Source of the DNA: Candidatus Altimarinota bacterium
GTDB lineage: Bacteria > Patescibacteriota > Gracilibacteria > 1-14-2-50-48-13
Length of the DNA stretch: 64,000 bases
Assembly: GCA_046314355.1 (NCBI GenBank)
Contig: JBKBWQ010000001.1
Span: forward strand, 160,001-224,000
Reading direction: 5' to 3'
Part shown: one piece after another, positions 10,438-20,615 of the stretch
Layout: the number at the start of each line of letters is the position of its first letter
Numbering within the stretch: the stretch's first letter is position 1
Program-made: the position numbers and the translations under genes
Notes under the pieces: generated by a model
Seen by the model: the letters and a program-made list of their open reading frames with translations, nothing else
Databases searched by the model: none
Told to the model about the DNA's origin: nothing

Positions 10438-10651
10438 TGTCATTCACGTACTGATCTGAATCAGCATAAATTCCGACGGGAATCCATTGTAATGTAGTGG
10501 TTTATAAAGGTAGTGTTTCTTAAGTGGCTTGTTCTTCACCTTGCCGGTGGGGCGTCACTTTTGTGACCAAAAGTAACCAAAAGTCTTTAAGGGGAGAAAA
10601 ACCATCTAGCAGGATTTGTGATTTCTATAAGTCATCAGATGGTTTCTCCCC
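10438..10651. repeat. Structured palindromic intergenic element(s), REP-like
   Basis: gtcattc...gacgggaatcc; acttttg-tgac-caaaagt-aaccaaaa; long stem ggggagaaaaaccatct/agatggtttctcccc (10591-10651). Confidence 0.4.
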
Positions 10652-10802
10652 ATAAAAATCCCAGAACGGTGCGGTCTATACGCGGCTCAAGCTCATAGCT
10701 CAAACCTAAGGTTTTATACACAATAGTGCATTTCCTCTGTACATTTTTTTTGAAATCAGTATAAATGCTTCAAACAAAATTTTTGAAAAAAGGAGAAGTT
10801 GA

Positions 10803-11174
10803 TTGATGACTAAATTTCCATTACTAGTTAGCGCTGTCACAATGGACAAAACTACACTACACATGATCGATGAAAGATTAGGCGAGAGATATATAAATCA
10901 GACACCTATGGGTTTAAAAAATCTTGAGCAGGTAAATAATCTCATCGATTTTTCAAAGGCAGTATTTATTGAGCACTCGGCTCTTTATCCCTTTGAAAAT
11001 TATGATAATTTGACTGTGCTTCTAAATTACGGAACTGGTTTTAAAGAAATTGAGGTAATTTGCTGCCGAGACTCAAGTCTTAAAAAGATTAAAGAGTTTC
11101 GGAGACATAAACAACTGAAATTCTTTTCTCCGGAATGTTATAAAAAATCAGTTCATTCCTGGACAGAAAAATAA
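10803..11174 (+). CDS. Hypothetical protein
   Basis: 123-aa ORF with upstream AGGAG and a downstream terminator. Confidence 0.55.
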   Translation: MMTKFPLLVSAVTMDKTTLHMIDERLGERYINQTPMGLKNLEQVNNLIDFSKAVFIEHSALYPFENYDNLTVLLNYGTGFKEIEVICCRDSSLKKIKEFRRHKQLKFFSPECYKKSVHSWTEK

Positions 11175-11190
11175 AAAAATCATTGTAATG

Positions 11191-11211
11191 AAAAGCCTTC
11201 GGGCTTTTTTC
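11191..11211 (+). terminator. Intrinsic terminator
   Basis: aaaagcc-ttcg-ggctttttt. Confidence 0.75.
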
Positions 11212-11267
11212 TTTTGCAATTTTTCTATTTACTGTAGAATACAGCTACTTATATAAATTTTGAATGA

Positions 11268-12710
11268 ATGTCTGATCAAGAGAAGGTTTTAAAAAATCTG
11301 ACTGAAGGTGATTATAAATACGGCTTTACTACTGACATTGCGCAGGACATAGCGGATGTTGGTTTGACTGAAGATACAATCCGCTTTATTTCAAAAAGTA
11401 AGCAGGAACCTGAATTCATGCTTGAGTGGAGACTAAATGCTTTTCGAAGATGGCAGAAAATGACACCTCCCACATGGCAGAATGTAAGTTTTCCTCCCAT
11501 TGATTATCAGGCTATTAGCTACTATGCTGCACCAACTAAGAAAAAGAAACTTGGAAGTCTCGATGAGTTGGATCCTGAACTTAAAAAGACCTTTGATAAG
11601 CTTGGTATTTCACTCGATGAACAGAAGCGTATCAGCAATGTAGCTGTAGATGCTGTTGTGGATAGCGTTTCTGTGGCTACGACGTTTCAAAAGAAGCTTA
11701 AGAAGGCAGGAGTAATCTTTTGTCCTATTTCTGAGGCGATAAGAAAATACCCGAAGGTTGTAGAGCGGTATATTGGTTCAGTGGTTTCTGTCACAGATAA
11801 TTATTTTGCGGCTCTCAACTCTGCAGTATTTAGTGATGGAACATTTTGCTATATACCTAGGGGAATACGCTGTCCTATGGAGCTTTCAACGTATTTCCGT
11901 ATAAATGCAGCAAATACAGGGCAGTTTGAAAGGACTCTGATTATTGCTGATGAAGGATCTCATGTGAGTTATCTTGAAGGCTGTACTGCCCCTCAGAGAG
12001 ATGAGAATCAGCTTCATGCGGCAGTAGTAGAGCTTATAGCACATAAAGGAGCAGAGATTAAGTATTCGACAGTACAAAACTGGTATCCTGGTGATAAAGA
12101 AGGCAAAGGTGGAATTTACAATTTTGTGACAAAGCGGGGTATTTGTGAAGAGCGGGCAAAGATTTCATGGACACAAGTAGAGACAGGCTCTGCGATCACG
12201 TGGAAATATCCCAGTGTTATTCTAAAAGGAGATTATTCAATAGGAGAGTTTTACTCTATTGCTGTGACAAATAATTATCAGCAGGCAGACACAGGAACAA
12301 AGATGATTCATATGGGTAAGAATACAAAAAGCCGGATTATTTCAAAGGGAATCTCTGCAGGCAAAAGCCAAAATTCATACCGTGGACTTGTGCGCATACT
12401 TAAGAATGCAGATAACGCTAGAAACTTTACCCAGTGTGACTCTCTTCTTATGGGTAGTGAATGCGGCGCGCATACATTTCCATATATTGAAGATTCAAAT
12501 AAAACCGCTGTTATAGAACATGAGGCTACTACTTCAAAAATTGCGGAGGATGTCCTCTTATACTGTAATCAGCGAGGGCTTTCTACGGAAGATGCAGTTG
12601 CAATGATTATTGGAGGATATTGCCAGGAGGTACTTGCAGAGCTTCCGATGGAGTTTGCGGTGGAAGCAAAGAATCTTTTATCACTGACACTTGAAGGCAG
12701 CGTCGGATAA
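11268..12710 (+). CDS. sufB: Fe-S cluster assembly protein SufB
   Basis: [47 protein letters not shown]. Confidence 0.97.
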   Translation: MSDQEKVLKNLTEGDYKYGFTTDIAQDIADVGLTEDTIRFISKSKQEPEFMLEWRLNAFRRWQKMTPPTWQNVSFPPIDYQAISYYAAPTKKKKLGSLDELDPELKKTFDKLGISLDEQKRISNVAVDAVVDSVSVATTFQKKLKKAGVIFCPISEAIRKYPKVVERYIGSVVSVTDNYFAALNSAVFSDGTFCYIPRGIRCPMELSTYFRINAANTGQFERTLIIADEGSHVSYLEGCTAPQRDENQLHAAVVELIAHKGAEIKYSTVQNWYPGDKEGKGGIYNFVTKRGICEERAKISWTQVETGSAITWKYPSVILKGDYSIGEFYSIAVTNNYQQADTGTKMIHMGKNTKSRIISKGISAGKSQNSYRGLVRILKNADNARNFTQCDSLLMGSECGAHTFPYIEDSNKTAVIEHEATTSKIAEDVLLYCNQRGLSTEDAVAMIIGGYCQEVLAELPMEFAVEAKNLLSLTLEGSVG

Positions 12711-12845
12711 GTATAGTAGATATAAGAATACTTTTTCTTATCTATAGTTTTTATAGATGAACAATATTATTTAAAATATTGTTTTTAACTAAAATATAAC
12801 TAATATTGTTTCGAAATAAAAATTTGCAAAGTAAAGGGAGATATT

Positions 12846-13100
12846 ATGAAGGTAGAATTAAAAAGAGAACAAATAAAAATTGAGAGTATATTTCTTGTAT
12901 TGCCTATGATCATTATGTTTTGGCTAGGTAGTAAAGGATTGCTCTATAGTCCCTATCATAAAAAGTTCTTCTTACAGATGTATTTTGTATATGTAGCACT
13001 ATATATCCTCGTAAAAGAATATGAGATCACAAATCATGAGATTAAAATAGGGAGTATAAGTTTTCTTATAATGAGTTTATATATTAAATTCTATCTATAA
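12846..13100 (+). CDS. Small hydrophobic hypothetical membrane protein
   Basis: 84 aa, three hydrophobic stretches, GGGAG upstream, own terminator. Confidence 0.45.
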   Translation: MKVELKREQIKIESIFLVLPMIIMFWLGSKGLLYSPYHKKFFLQMYFVYVALYILVKEYEITNHEIKIGSISFLIMSLYIKFYL

Positions 13101-13104
13101 GAAA

Positions 13105-13134
13105 AAAGGACTGATGAAATACATCGGTCCTTTT
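13105..13134 (+). terminator. Intrinsic terminator
   Basis: aaaaggactgatg-aaata-catcggtcctttt. Confidence 0.7.
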
Positions 13135-13283
13135 AATAAAGAACTGCTATAGCCAAATATTCTAATTTGCGCTATAGTTCATTATGACTTGTACATATAT
13201 GTGTGGATGTCGCACAGTGGGTTTTAAAATACTAAGAAACGCCCCTGAATAACAAGAAATTGCTAATATAATTATGTCTTTCA

Positions 13284-14021
13284 ATGTTAAAAATAACTAA
13301 TCTTTCAGTTTCGGTAGAAAACAAAGATATTCTCAAAGATTTCTCACTTGAAATAAAAGCTGGAGAGATACATGCGATAATGGGTCCCAATGGTACTGGA
13401 AAAAGTACACTTGCATCTGTATTGGCAGGTAAGGCAGGCTATAGTATTACCTCAGGCGAGGTCATATTTAATGGTAAGAATCTTTTAGAGTTTTCTCCTG
13501 AGATTCGTGCCAGAGAAGGACTTTTTCTAGCATTCCAGCATCCAGTCGAGATCCCAGGAGTAAGTAATGCACAGTTTCTGAAAAATGCTGTAAATGAGAT
13601 ACGGAAATATAGAGGGAAAGAAACTCTAGATGCCTTTGATTTTGAAGAGTTGCTGAAAGAAAAAATGTCTTTGATGAAAATGAAGGATGAATTCGTGAAT
13701 AGATCTTTCAATGAAGGATTCTCAGGAGGAGAAAAAAAACGTAATGAAATCCTTCAGATGGCATTACTGGAACCTAAGCTTACAATTCTTGATGAGATTG
13801 ATTCCGGATTGGACATTGATGCCCTTCGAATAGTAGCTGAGGGAATTAATACCATTCATGGAAAAGAGGATGGTATTCTTATGATTACACATTATCAGAG
13901 ACTTTTGGATTATATTACCCCCGATTTTGTACATATGATGGTGGATGGAAAAATAGTTAAGACAGGGGGAATAGAGCTTGCAAAAGAGCTGGAAGTAAAA
14001 GGATACATTGATCATATTTAA
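13284..14021 (+). CDS. sufC: Fe-S cluster assembly ATPase SufC
   Basis: [41 protein letters not shown]. Confidence 0.97.
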   Translation: MLKITNLSVSVENKDILKDFSLEIKAGEIHAIMGPNGTGKSTLASVLAGKAGYSITSGEVIFNGKNLLEFSPEIRAREGLFLAFQHPVEIPGVSNAQFLKNAVNEIRKYRGKETLDAFDFEELLKEKMSLMKMKDEFVNRSFNEGFSGGEKKRNEILQMALLEPKLTILDEIDSGLDIDALRIVAEGINTIHGKEDGILMITHYQRLLDYITPDFVHMMVDGKIVKTGGIELAKELEVKGYIDHI

Positions 14022-14038
14022 TAATACACTTACACCAC

Positions 14039-14587
14039 ATGGCAGTTTCTTATACATTTGTTCCAAAGCCCTTTAAACTTTACTATGCTTCTACGGAACG
14101 CGGACTTGTAAGTATTATCCCATCTTCATTGAGAAATAGAGATGAGAAAGAAGGAGATATTGTCTCTGCGACGCCTTCAAAGGCATTTGCGGCAGCGTTC
14201 TTATTTCAGCAAGGGAAAGATAGCTGTTTATCAGGCTGCTTTGGAGACATGGTCTATTTTGTGTATAAGGGTACCAAAAAAGAATTCATGAGTCTTGATA
14301 AGGGAGGTGTACTATATGAAGTCTCTTCTGATAACTTTAAATGTGATCCTAAATTTGGATTGGGCTTAATGGAGTGGGTAAGTGATAAGCCTGTTACTCC
14401 GCTTAAATCGGTAGCAGTAGATTCTATCCTGGAGGAAATGATCCAGCAGTATGTACAGGTATATTTTGTAGATGAGGAGACATTCTCTTTATGCAGCACA
14501 TCTCAGGATCATGGACGAAAAATGCTTGATGAGATGACTTCTGAGAATAAAAAACGGAATAAAAATGTTCGGTCACTTTATGCATAA
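14039..14587 (+). CDS. Hypothetical protein, possible Arr-like ADP-ribosyltransferase fold
   Basis: LYYAS...IVSATPSKAFAA...LYEV...F..DP...EWVSDKPV loosely resembles the Arr layout. Confidence 0.4.
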   Translation: MAVSYTFVPKPFKLYYASTERGLVSIIPSSLRNRDEKEGDIVSATPSKAFAAAFLFQQGKDSCLSGCFGDMVYFVYKGTKKEFMSLDKGGVLYEVSSDNFKCDPKFGLGLMEWVSDKPVTPLKSVAVDSILEEMIQQYVQVYFVDEETFSLCSTSQDHGRKMLDEMTSENKKRNKNVRSLYA

Positions 14588-15866
14588 AGTCATGGATAAA
14601 AAAATACTTACAGAAAGACTGCGGGGACAATTTGAACAATTTATTACATTGAGAGAAAAGCTTGAAAGTAATGATGCTATTGTTTTAAGAAGAAAACTCT
14701 TTGATGCATTTGAAAAAAATGGCTTTCCGGACAATAAACTTGAGGAGTGGAAATATACAAATATAAATCAGTTTATAGATGACTCAATGTATCTTTTCAC
14801 TGATAAAGATGGGATTGTACTGCCGAAAGATGAAATATCAGCACTCGTTGAGACGACGGGTGATAATACTGTCGTTTTTGTAAACGGATTCTATAGTGAA
14901 GAGTTATCAAAAGTATGCGGCGGTTGTGTGCAGATCGATGATGCAGGATTTATGTTAAGTGATGTACTTCCTGATGAAGATGGGTACTCATTGCTCCACA
15001 GAGCATTCGCCACTGAAGAGATAACTATTACTTTAGGTGGCACTATAGAGGATTTTCCTGTGAAGCTGCTTTTTTGTACCTACGGAACTGCCTTGCCGTT
15101 TATAGTTCAGCCCCGTCTGAATATTGTGATGCCGGAAGGTGGAGAAGGAATTATTATTGAAAGGTATGCCCACTTTGGAGATCAAAAATGTTTGACTAAT
15201 CTAGAGATAAGGTGCGATTTAGGTACTGATTCAATATTAAAACATTATCGTATTCAGAATTTTTCAGAAAATATGGTGCATGTGCATAACCTGGAAATCT
15301 CTCAAAAAGAGAAAAGTAATTATGAAGTTATAACTGTTACTACAGGAAGTGCTGTTGTAAGAAATACTCAGAGTATCATGCTCACTGAATCCAGCGCAGA
15401 AACGGCATTATATGGAGCATATTCTCTAGATGAGGATGGGTTTGCGGATAATCATACTGAGGTTCTTCATCAAGCATCTGATACAAAGAGCAGACAGATA
15501 TATAAAGGAACATTAGATGCGAGGTCCCATGGTGTATTTAATGGAAAGGTTATTGTAGAGAAAAATCTCATACATATCAATTCTGATCAAAATAATAAAA
15601 CCATGCTGCTTTCTGAAAATGCACGCATGGATACAAAGCCTGAATTACAAATTTTTTCAGACGATGTAAAATGTAGTCACGGCGCTGCACTAGGACACTT
15701 GGACGAAGATACATTATTTTTTATGAGGGCACGTGGTATTGGAGAGCAGAAAGCGAAATACATAATGAATCTCGCATTTATTCAGGACATTATACAGAAG
15801 ATTACAGACGAAGCTCTACGGGAAGAGCTGCTAAGCAATATGAAGAAGAAATTTCTCTTGGAATAA
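14565..15866 (+). CDS. sufD: Fe-S cluster assembly protein SufD
   Basis: EEWKYT, GVFNGKV, DTKPELQIFSDDVKCSHGA, FFMRARGI; true start may be slightly downstream. Confidence 0.93.
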   Translation: MFGHFMHKVMDKKILTERLRGQFEQFITLREKLESNDAIVLRRKLFDAFEKNGFPDNKLEEWKYTNINQFIDDSMYLFTDKDGIVLPKDEISALVETTGDNTVVFVNGFYSEELSKVCGGCVQIDDAGFMLSDVLPDEDGYSLLHRAFATEEITITLGGTIEDFPVKLLFCTYGTALPFIVQPRLNIVMPEGGEGIIIERYAHFGDQKCLTNLEIRCDLGTDSILKHYRIQNFSENMVHVHNLEISQKEKSNYEVITVTTGSAVVRNTQSIMLTESSAETALYGAYSLDEDGFADNHTEVLHQASDTKSRQIYKGTLDARSHGVFNGKVIVEKNLIHINSDQNNKTMLLSENARMDTKPELQIFSDDVKCSHGAALGHLDEDTLFFMRARGIGEQKAKYIMNLAFIQDIIQKITDEALREELLSNMKKKFLLE

Positions 15867-15946
15867 TGCTACGCGTACGGACATAAAACTCTTTTCTTTT
15901 CTTGTTTTCTTAATTACACTCTTTTCAATGTTTACTATTATAAGAT

Positions 15947-17164
15947 ATGTTTGATATACAAAAAATACGTCAGGATTTTCCAATTCTAACAAGACAAGTT
16001 CACGATAAACCTTTAGTGTATTTAGATAATGCTGCTACTAGTCAGAAGCCTAGTGCTGTGATTGATTCACTTGTGGATTACTATACACGTTATAACAGTA
16101 ATGTGCATCGAGGCGTTCATACTCTCTCTGAAGAGGCGACACATGCATATGAACATGCAAGAGAGACTGTGAGAAGGTATATCAATGCTGCAAGCACAAA
16201 GGAGATAATCTTTGTAAGAGGTGCAACTGAAGCAATTAATCTCGTAGCGGCCACTTGGGGTAAGGTACATATTCAAAAGGATGATGAAATACTCATTACC
16301 ACTCTTGAGCATCATGCAAATCTTGTTCCTTGGCAGCTGTTATGTGAAGAAAAAGGTGCAAAATTAAAGGTAGTACCTATTACTAGTACAGGTGAAGTAA
16401 GAATAGAAAATGTAGAGGCAATGTTATCAAACAAGACAAAGCTTGTAGCATGTGCACACATCTCAAATGCATTGGGGACTATTTTACCTGTGGAAGAGAT
16501 TATAAGAAGTGCACATGAAAAAGGTATTCCAGTTCTTATTGATGGATGCCAGGCGGTACCTCATATGAGAGTTGATATGCAAAAGCTTGATGCTGATTTT
16601 TATGTATTCTCTGGTCATAAAATCTTTGCTCCTACGGGAATAGGTATTCTTTACGGCAAAGAAACATTACTTAATGCTATGCCTCCATATCAGTCCGGAG
16701 GTGACATGATATCTTCTGTAAGTTTCGAGAAAACTACTTTTAATGAACTGCCATATAAGTTTGAAGCAGGTACACCGGATATCGCAGGTGCCATTGGATT
16801 AGGAGCTGCACTAGAATACCTTGAACAGCTTGATTGGGATGAAATAGCCAAACATGAAAAAGAATTACTAGAATATGCGACAACCATGCTTCAAGAGATA
16901 CCAGGACTGCAGATTATTGGTACAGCACCTCAAAAGGCTTCAGTCATCTCATTTACACTTGGAAATATTCATCCTCACGACGTAGGGACGATCTGCGATA
17001 TGGAAGGTGTTGCTCTTCGTACCGGACACCACTGCGCTCAGCCTGTGATGGAAAGTTTTAATGTACCTGCAACCACACGTGCATCCTTTGCCTTTTATAA
17101 TACTAAGGAAGAAATTGAAATGCTTGTAAAAGCACTTTATAAAGTTTTATCTATCTTTGCCTAA
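15947..17164 (+). CDS. sufS: Cysteine desulfurase SufS
   Basis: YLDNAATSQKP, FSGHK, FEAGTP, RTGHHCAQP. Confidence 0.97.
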   Translation: MFDIQKIRQDFPILTRQVHDKPLVYLDNAATSQKPSAVIDSLVDYYTRYNSNVHRGVHTLSEEATHAYEHARETVRRYINAASTKEIIFVRGATEAINLVAATWGKVHIQKDDEILITTLEHHANLVPWQLLCEEKGAKLKVVPITSTGEVRIENVEAMLSNKTKLVACAHISNALGTILPVEEIIRSAHEKGIPVLIDGCQAVPHMRVDMQKLDADFYVFSGHKIFAPTGIGILYGKETLLNAMPPYQSGGDMISSVSFEKTTFNELPYKFEAGTPDIAGAIGLGAALEYLEQLDWDEIAKHEKELLEYATTMLQEIPGLQIIGTAPQKASVISFTLGNIHPHDVGTICDMEGVALRTGHHCAQPVMESFNVPATTRASFAFYNTKEEIEMLVKALYKVLSIFA

Positions 17165-17613
17165 TGGAAAATCTTAGAGAGCTCTATCAGCAGGTGATAC
17201 TTGATCATAATAAAGACCCGAAGAACTTTGGTGATCTTGAGCATTGCACGCATCATGCAGAAGGAAGGAATCCTGTATGTGGAGATCATTATATCGTTAA
17301 AATGCTTATTGAGGATACTTTAATTAAAGATATACATTACCAAGGGTCGGGATGTGCTATTTCGAAATCATCCGGATCACTGATGACTTCTATGCTCAAA
17401 GGCAAAACAGAAAAAGAAGCTTTAGAGCTTTTTGATGTATTTCAGAAACTAGTCACATCTTCAATAGAGAGCGAAGTTGATAAGGAAAAACTTGGAAAAT
17501 TAAGTGTATTTGCAGGTGTAAGAGAATTTCCAGCACGAGTAAAATGCGCAAGCCTAGTTTGGCACGCCATGAAGGCTGCAATAGAAAGGGGAAGAGATGT
17601 AACAACGGAATAA
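17164..17613 (+). CDS. sufU: SUF system NifU-family protein SufU
   Basis: NPVCGD, GCAISKSSGS, PARVKCA. Confidence 0.94.
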   Translation: MENLRELYQQVILDHNKDPKNFGDLEHCTHHAEGRNPVCGDHYIVKMLIEDTLIKDIHYQGSGCAISKSSGSLMTSMLKGKTEKEALELFDVFQKLVTSSIESEVDKEKLGKLSVFAGVREFPARVKCASLVWHAMKAAIERGRDVTTE

Positions 17614-17771
17614 CAAGCTCTCTATTCCGTTCGAAAACATTTCTTAATTATAAAGATTCTCAAACGGGATCCAACTGACCTTATGATAAGTATATCTATA
17701 ATTAAATATATAAAAACTTTTTTATATATTTTCTCTGCATATGATATACACAATACTTCGTTATCTTACAT

Positions 17772-18464
17772 ATGAGCATAGAAATATTATTTGGAAAAGA
17801 AGGAGCGTTAGCTGCAAAAGGAATTGTAGTAGTAGTTGATGTCTTTCGTGCTGCAAGCTGTGCATCGGTGGCATTAGCCCGAGGTGCAGAAAAAATACTG
17901 CCGGTGAAGACTACAGAAGAAGCTTTTGATTTAAAGAAGATGTATCCGGACACCATTATTATGGGTGAAGAAGGTGGTGTGATGGTTGAAGGATTTGATC
18001 TTGGAAATTCTCCATCTGACCTAGAACAGTATGATGTAAAAAATAAAGTAGTAATTCAAAGGACTTCAGCAGGAACAAAGGGGCTAGTGCTTGCTTCACA
18101 GAGATTGGGACAGGAGGTCTCAAAAGTATATTTCGGAGCCTTTACTACTATCTCTGCTCTTGCTAAGTTGCTGCTAAATAATAGGTATGAAAAAATATCT
18201 ATTGTCGCCATGGATGGACCAGATACGGAGGATAGCTACTATGCAGACTGTTTAAAAAGTCTTCTAGAAGGTAAAGTAATTGATAGGAATACTATTATTA
18301 AATATCTTCAAATACATAAAAAATCTGCACATTTTTTTGATAAGACACGTCTTTCACATCCTGAAGAAGACTTCTATATTTGTACAGATGTAGATAGATA
18401 CAATTTTGTTGTAGAGTTGAACTATGAGAGGGGGAAGATGATCTTGCAAAGGGTCAATAATTGA
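17772..18464 (+). CDS. 2-phosphosulfolactate phosphatase (ComB) family protein
   Basis: VVVDVFRA, GFDLGNSP, QRTSAGT. Confidence 0.85.
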   Translation: MSIEILFGKEGALAAKGIVVVVDVFRAASCASVALARGAEKILPVKTTEEAFDLKKMYPDTIIMGEEGGVMVEGFDLGNSPSDLEQYDVKNKVVIQRTSAGTKGLVLASQRLGQEVSKVYFGAFTTISALAKLLLNNRYEKISIVAMDGPDTEDSYYADCLKSLLEGKVIDRNTIIKYLQIHKKSAHFFDKTRLSHPEEDFYICTDVDRYNFVVELNYERGKMILQRVNN

Positions 18465-18523
18465 TATCTAGACTTACTATTACTTGATTTAGGCTCTAGT
18501 AAAAATATAAATAGAAACTCACG

Positions 18524-18776
18524 ATGTTAGCTGAAAGGAGAATTATCTACGCATGATTATGCTAAAGTACTTCATTCGATAGTCTGGGAAGGAAAAGAAC
18601 TTATTGAAAACGGAGAATTCCAATACATAGGTATTCCTTGTCAACAAGGAGTAATTGAAGTTTTATCTATTCCTGCAGGTACTTGGCATGGATTTACAGC
18701 AGAAACATTTACGGTTTTGCTCGCTGTACAGACTTCTGATACCCACGGAGATACAGAATACTACAAACTTAAATAA
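18524..18776 (+). pseudogene. Cupin-domain gene, frameshifted or lacking an in-frame start
   Basis: Open frame 18531-18776 encodes ...VLSIPAGTWHGFTAETFTVLLAV... (cupin motif 2); the only nearby ATG upstream (18524) is one base out of frame. Confidence 0.55.
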
Positions 18777-18781
18777 TTATG

Positions 18782-18811
18782 AAAAACGCTGATATTATTT
18801 ATCAGCGTTTT
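18782..18811. terminator. Bidirectional intrinsic terminator
   Basis: aaaaacgctgata-ttatt-tatcagcgttttt. Confidence 0.8.
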
Positions 18812-18821
18812 TACCATTAAA

Positions 18822-19562
18822 TTATTTCTTCACCGCCGTCGCTCCATTAATCGCCGTCTCCAACTCTTCTTTATCTCCTAAATAATAATGTTTAACTGGC
18901 TGTAGCATATCGTCAAGCTCATAAATCAATGGAAATCCGCAGGGAATATTTAGTTCCATGATCTCTTCATTGGACATTTTATCAAGGTGCTGTACCAGTG
19001 CCCTTAGACTATTACCATGCGCTACGATAAGTACTGTCTTGTGTTCTTTAATCTCAGCGACGATGGAATTTTCCCAAAATGGGAGCATTCTTTTTAAGGT
19101 ATCAGCAAGACATTCTGTGGAAGGTAGATCTGCTTTATCTATTGATCCATATCTTATATCGTGTATTGGGTGCCTTTCATCCTCCAGAGTGAGTGCTGGC
19201 GGCTGCGTATCATAACTCCTGCGCCATATTTTCACTTGTTCCTCTCCGTACTGCTCTGCGGTTTCCGCCTTATTGAGTCCCTGGAGAGCTCCATAATGAC
19301 GTTCATTGAGTCTCCATGATCTCTCTACCGGCAGCCAAAGCTGCTCAACCTCCTCAAGAATATACCACCAAGTTTTTATAGCTCTTTTAAGTACAGATGT
19401 AAAAGATATATCAAAGACTATATTGGCTTCTTTCAGCAGTTTTCCAGCCCGTTTCGCGTCACTGACACCTTGTTCTGTAAGATCTACGTCAGTCCATCCG
19501 GTAAAACGGTTTTCTTTATTCCATGTACTTTCTCCGTGGCGTACTAATACTAATTTATGCAT
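18822..19562 (-). CDS. gpmA: 2,3-bisphosphoglycerate-dependent phosphoglycerate mutase
   Basis: [39 protein letters not shown]. Confidence 0.97.
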   Translation of the reverse strand: MHKLVLVRHGESTWNKENRFTGWTDVDLTEQGVSDAKRAGKLLKEANIVFDISFTSVLKRAIKTWWYILEEVEQLWLPVERSWRLNERHYGALQGLNKAETAEQYGEEQVKIWRRSYDTQPPALTLEDERHPIHDIRYGSIDKADLPSTECLADTLKRMLPFWENSIVAEIKEHKTVLIVAHGNSLRALVQHLDKMSNEEIMELNIPCGFPLIYELDDMLQPVKHYYLGDKEELETAINGATAVKK

Positions 19563-19623
19563 AAGATATACTTACAAAATACCAGGTATATTCTACCTGA
19601 TTCAGAAAAATTTGTACATTATG

Positions 19624-20142
19624 CTATGGAATTTTTCTTGGTTTTCTCACTATTGATTTGAGCTCCCGCATTATAGCAAGTGCGTCTTGCCTTTCCTTAA
19701 GCTGAACCAAATAATCTTTCTCCAGAACTGTATCCTGTTCACTGAGTACTTCCACCCATACCCGCATTTCAATAGGAGTACGTGACGGGAGTTTACTTCG
19801 TTTCTTTTCTACTTTTTTAGGAGATTTTTTAGAAATCTTTTTATTCACAACAGTAGCTTTTTTTCTCACTTTTGTTGCAGGCTGTTTTTTTTCTACAGCT
19901 TTTTTTACCTTTGATGCTTTTTTCGTCACTTTCTTTGCTGCGGATTTAATAATTTTACTTCTGCCTGCAGTAGATTTTTTTAGTGGAACTTTCTTTGATT
20001 TTACTGTCTTTATAGAGGATTTCTCTAAAGATTTTTTAGTTTTTAGCTTACGGGAATTTGCCTTCTTTTTTAAAGAAGCATCTTTTACAGAAACTGCCGG
20101 GAATAATGTAAGCTGAGGTATAGTGGCTTTCTTCTTAGTCAT
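19624..20142 (-). CDS. Very Lys-rich basic protein (histone H1-like low complexity)
   Basis: KK-rich repeats (KKVTKKASKVKKAVEKK) with a short helical C-terminus. Confidence 0.55.
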   Translation of the reverse strand: MTKKKATIPQLTLFPAVSVKDASLKKKANSRKLKTKKSLEKSSIKTVKSKKVPLKKSTAGRSKIIKSAAKKVTKKASKVKKAVEKKQPATKVRKKATVVNKKISKKSPKKVEKKRSKLPSRTPIEMRVWVEVLSEQDTVLEKDYLVQLKERQDALAIMRELKSIVRKPRKIP

Positions 20143-20206
20143 AGTATCAATACCATAAAATCACCGATACGCTAACATGCAGCTAGTAATAAGTCAACGA
20201 TCTGCA

Positions 20207-20238
20207 TAAAAAGAGCTCTAGAAAGTTCTAGAGCTCTT
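20207..20238 (-). terminator. Intrinsic terminator
   Basis: aagagctctagaa-ag-ttctagagctctt with U-tract on the minus strand. Confidence 0.8.
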
Positions 20239-20239
20239 C

Positions 20240-20463
20240 GTAGAAATATCTTTGTTCACTAGTGGCTAAGAATAGTGCCGTTAAAGAGGGAAAACACGTA
20301 TATGCAATACAAAACCCTCCTAAGGAATATCTATTTCCGAAAACAAAAAAACGAAAATAGTTACAACATGAGATGTATAATCCTTATATCTCTACTCTAG
20401 TACTCTCTGATTAAATAGTAAGTACTAAAGGAACAATGTGAGTGATAAAGGATTAATTTCTAC
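20240..20463 (-). ncRNA. Candidate 6S-like RNA (224 nt)
   Basis: ORF-free; 5' GTAGAAATTAATCCTTTATCACT pairs with 3' AGTGAACAAAGATATTTCTAC; nested internal stems; bounded by promoter and terminator. Confidence 0.55.
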
Positions 20464-20469
20464 ATTGTT

Positions 20470-20498
20470 ATTTTACAATATAATTGTAGTTACGTCAA
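20470..20498 (-). promoter_or_regulatory. Sigma70 promoter of the candidate ncRNA
   Basis: TTGACG-17 bp-TAAAAT; predicted +1 near 20463. Confidence 0.75.
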
Positions 20499-20502
20499 AT
20501 AT

Positions 20503-20615
20503 GTAATTAAGTTATTGGTAATTAAGTAATTGAGGCTCATAATTCGGCTGCAATCATTGAGCTCAATTACTTAATTATTGAGCCCAATTATGTGAGCCCC
20601 AATGACTCGAGCCCC
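20503..20615. repeat. Palindromic TAATTGGGCTCAA-unit element, copy A (empty)
   Basis: Degenerate ~13-bp units in inverted arms; 20538-20577 is the reverse complement of 52265-52304 at 38/40 nt. Confidence 0.85.

Noticed and set aside
13184-13252. Tiny Cys-rich ORF or GIY-YIG remnant upstream of sufC
   Set aside because: Only 22 codons with no convincing motif
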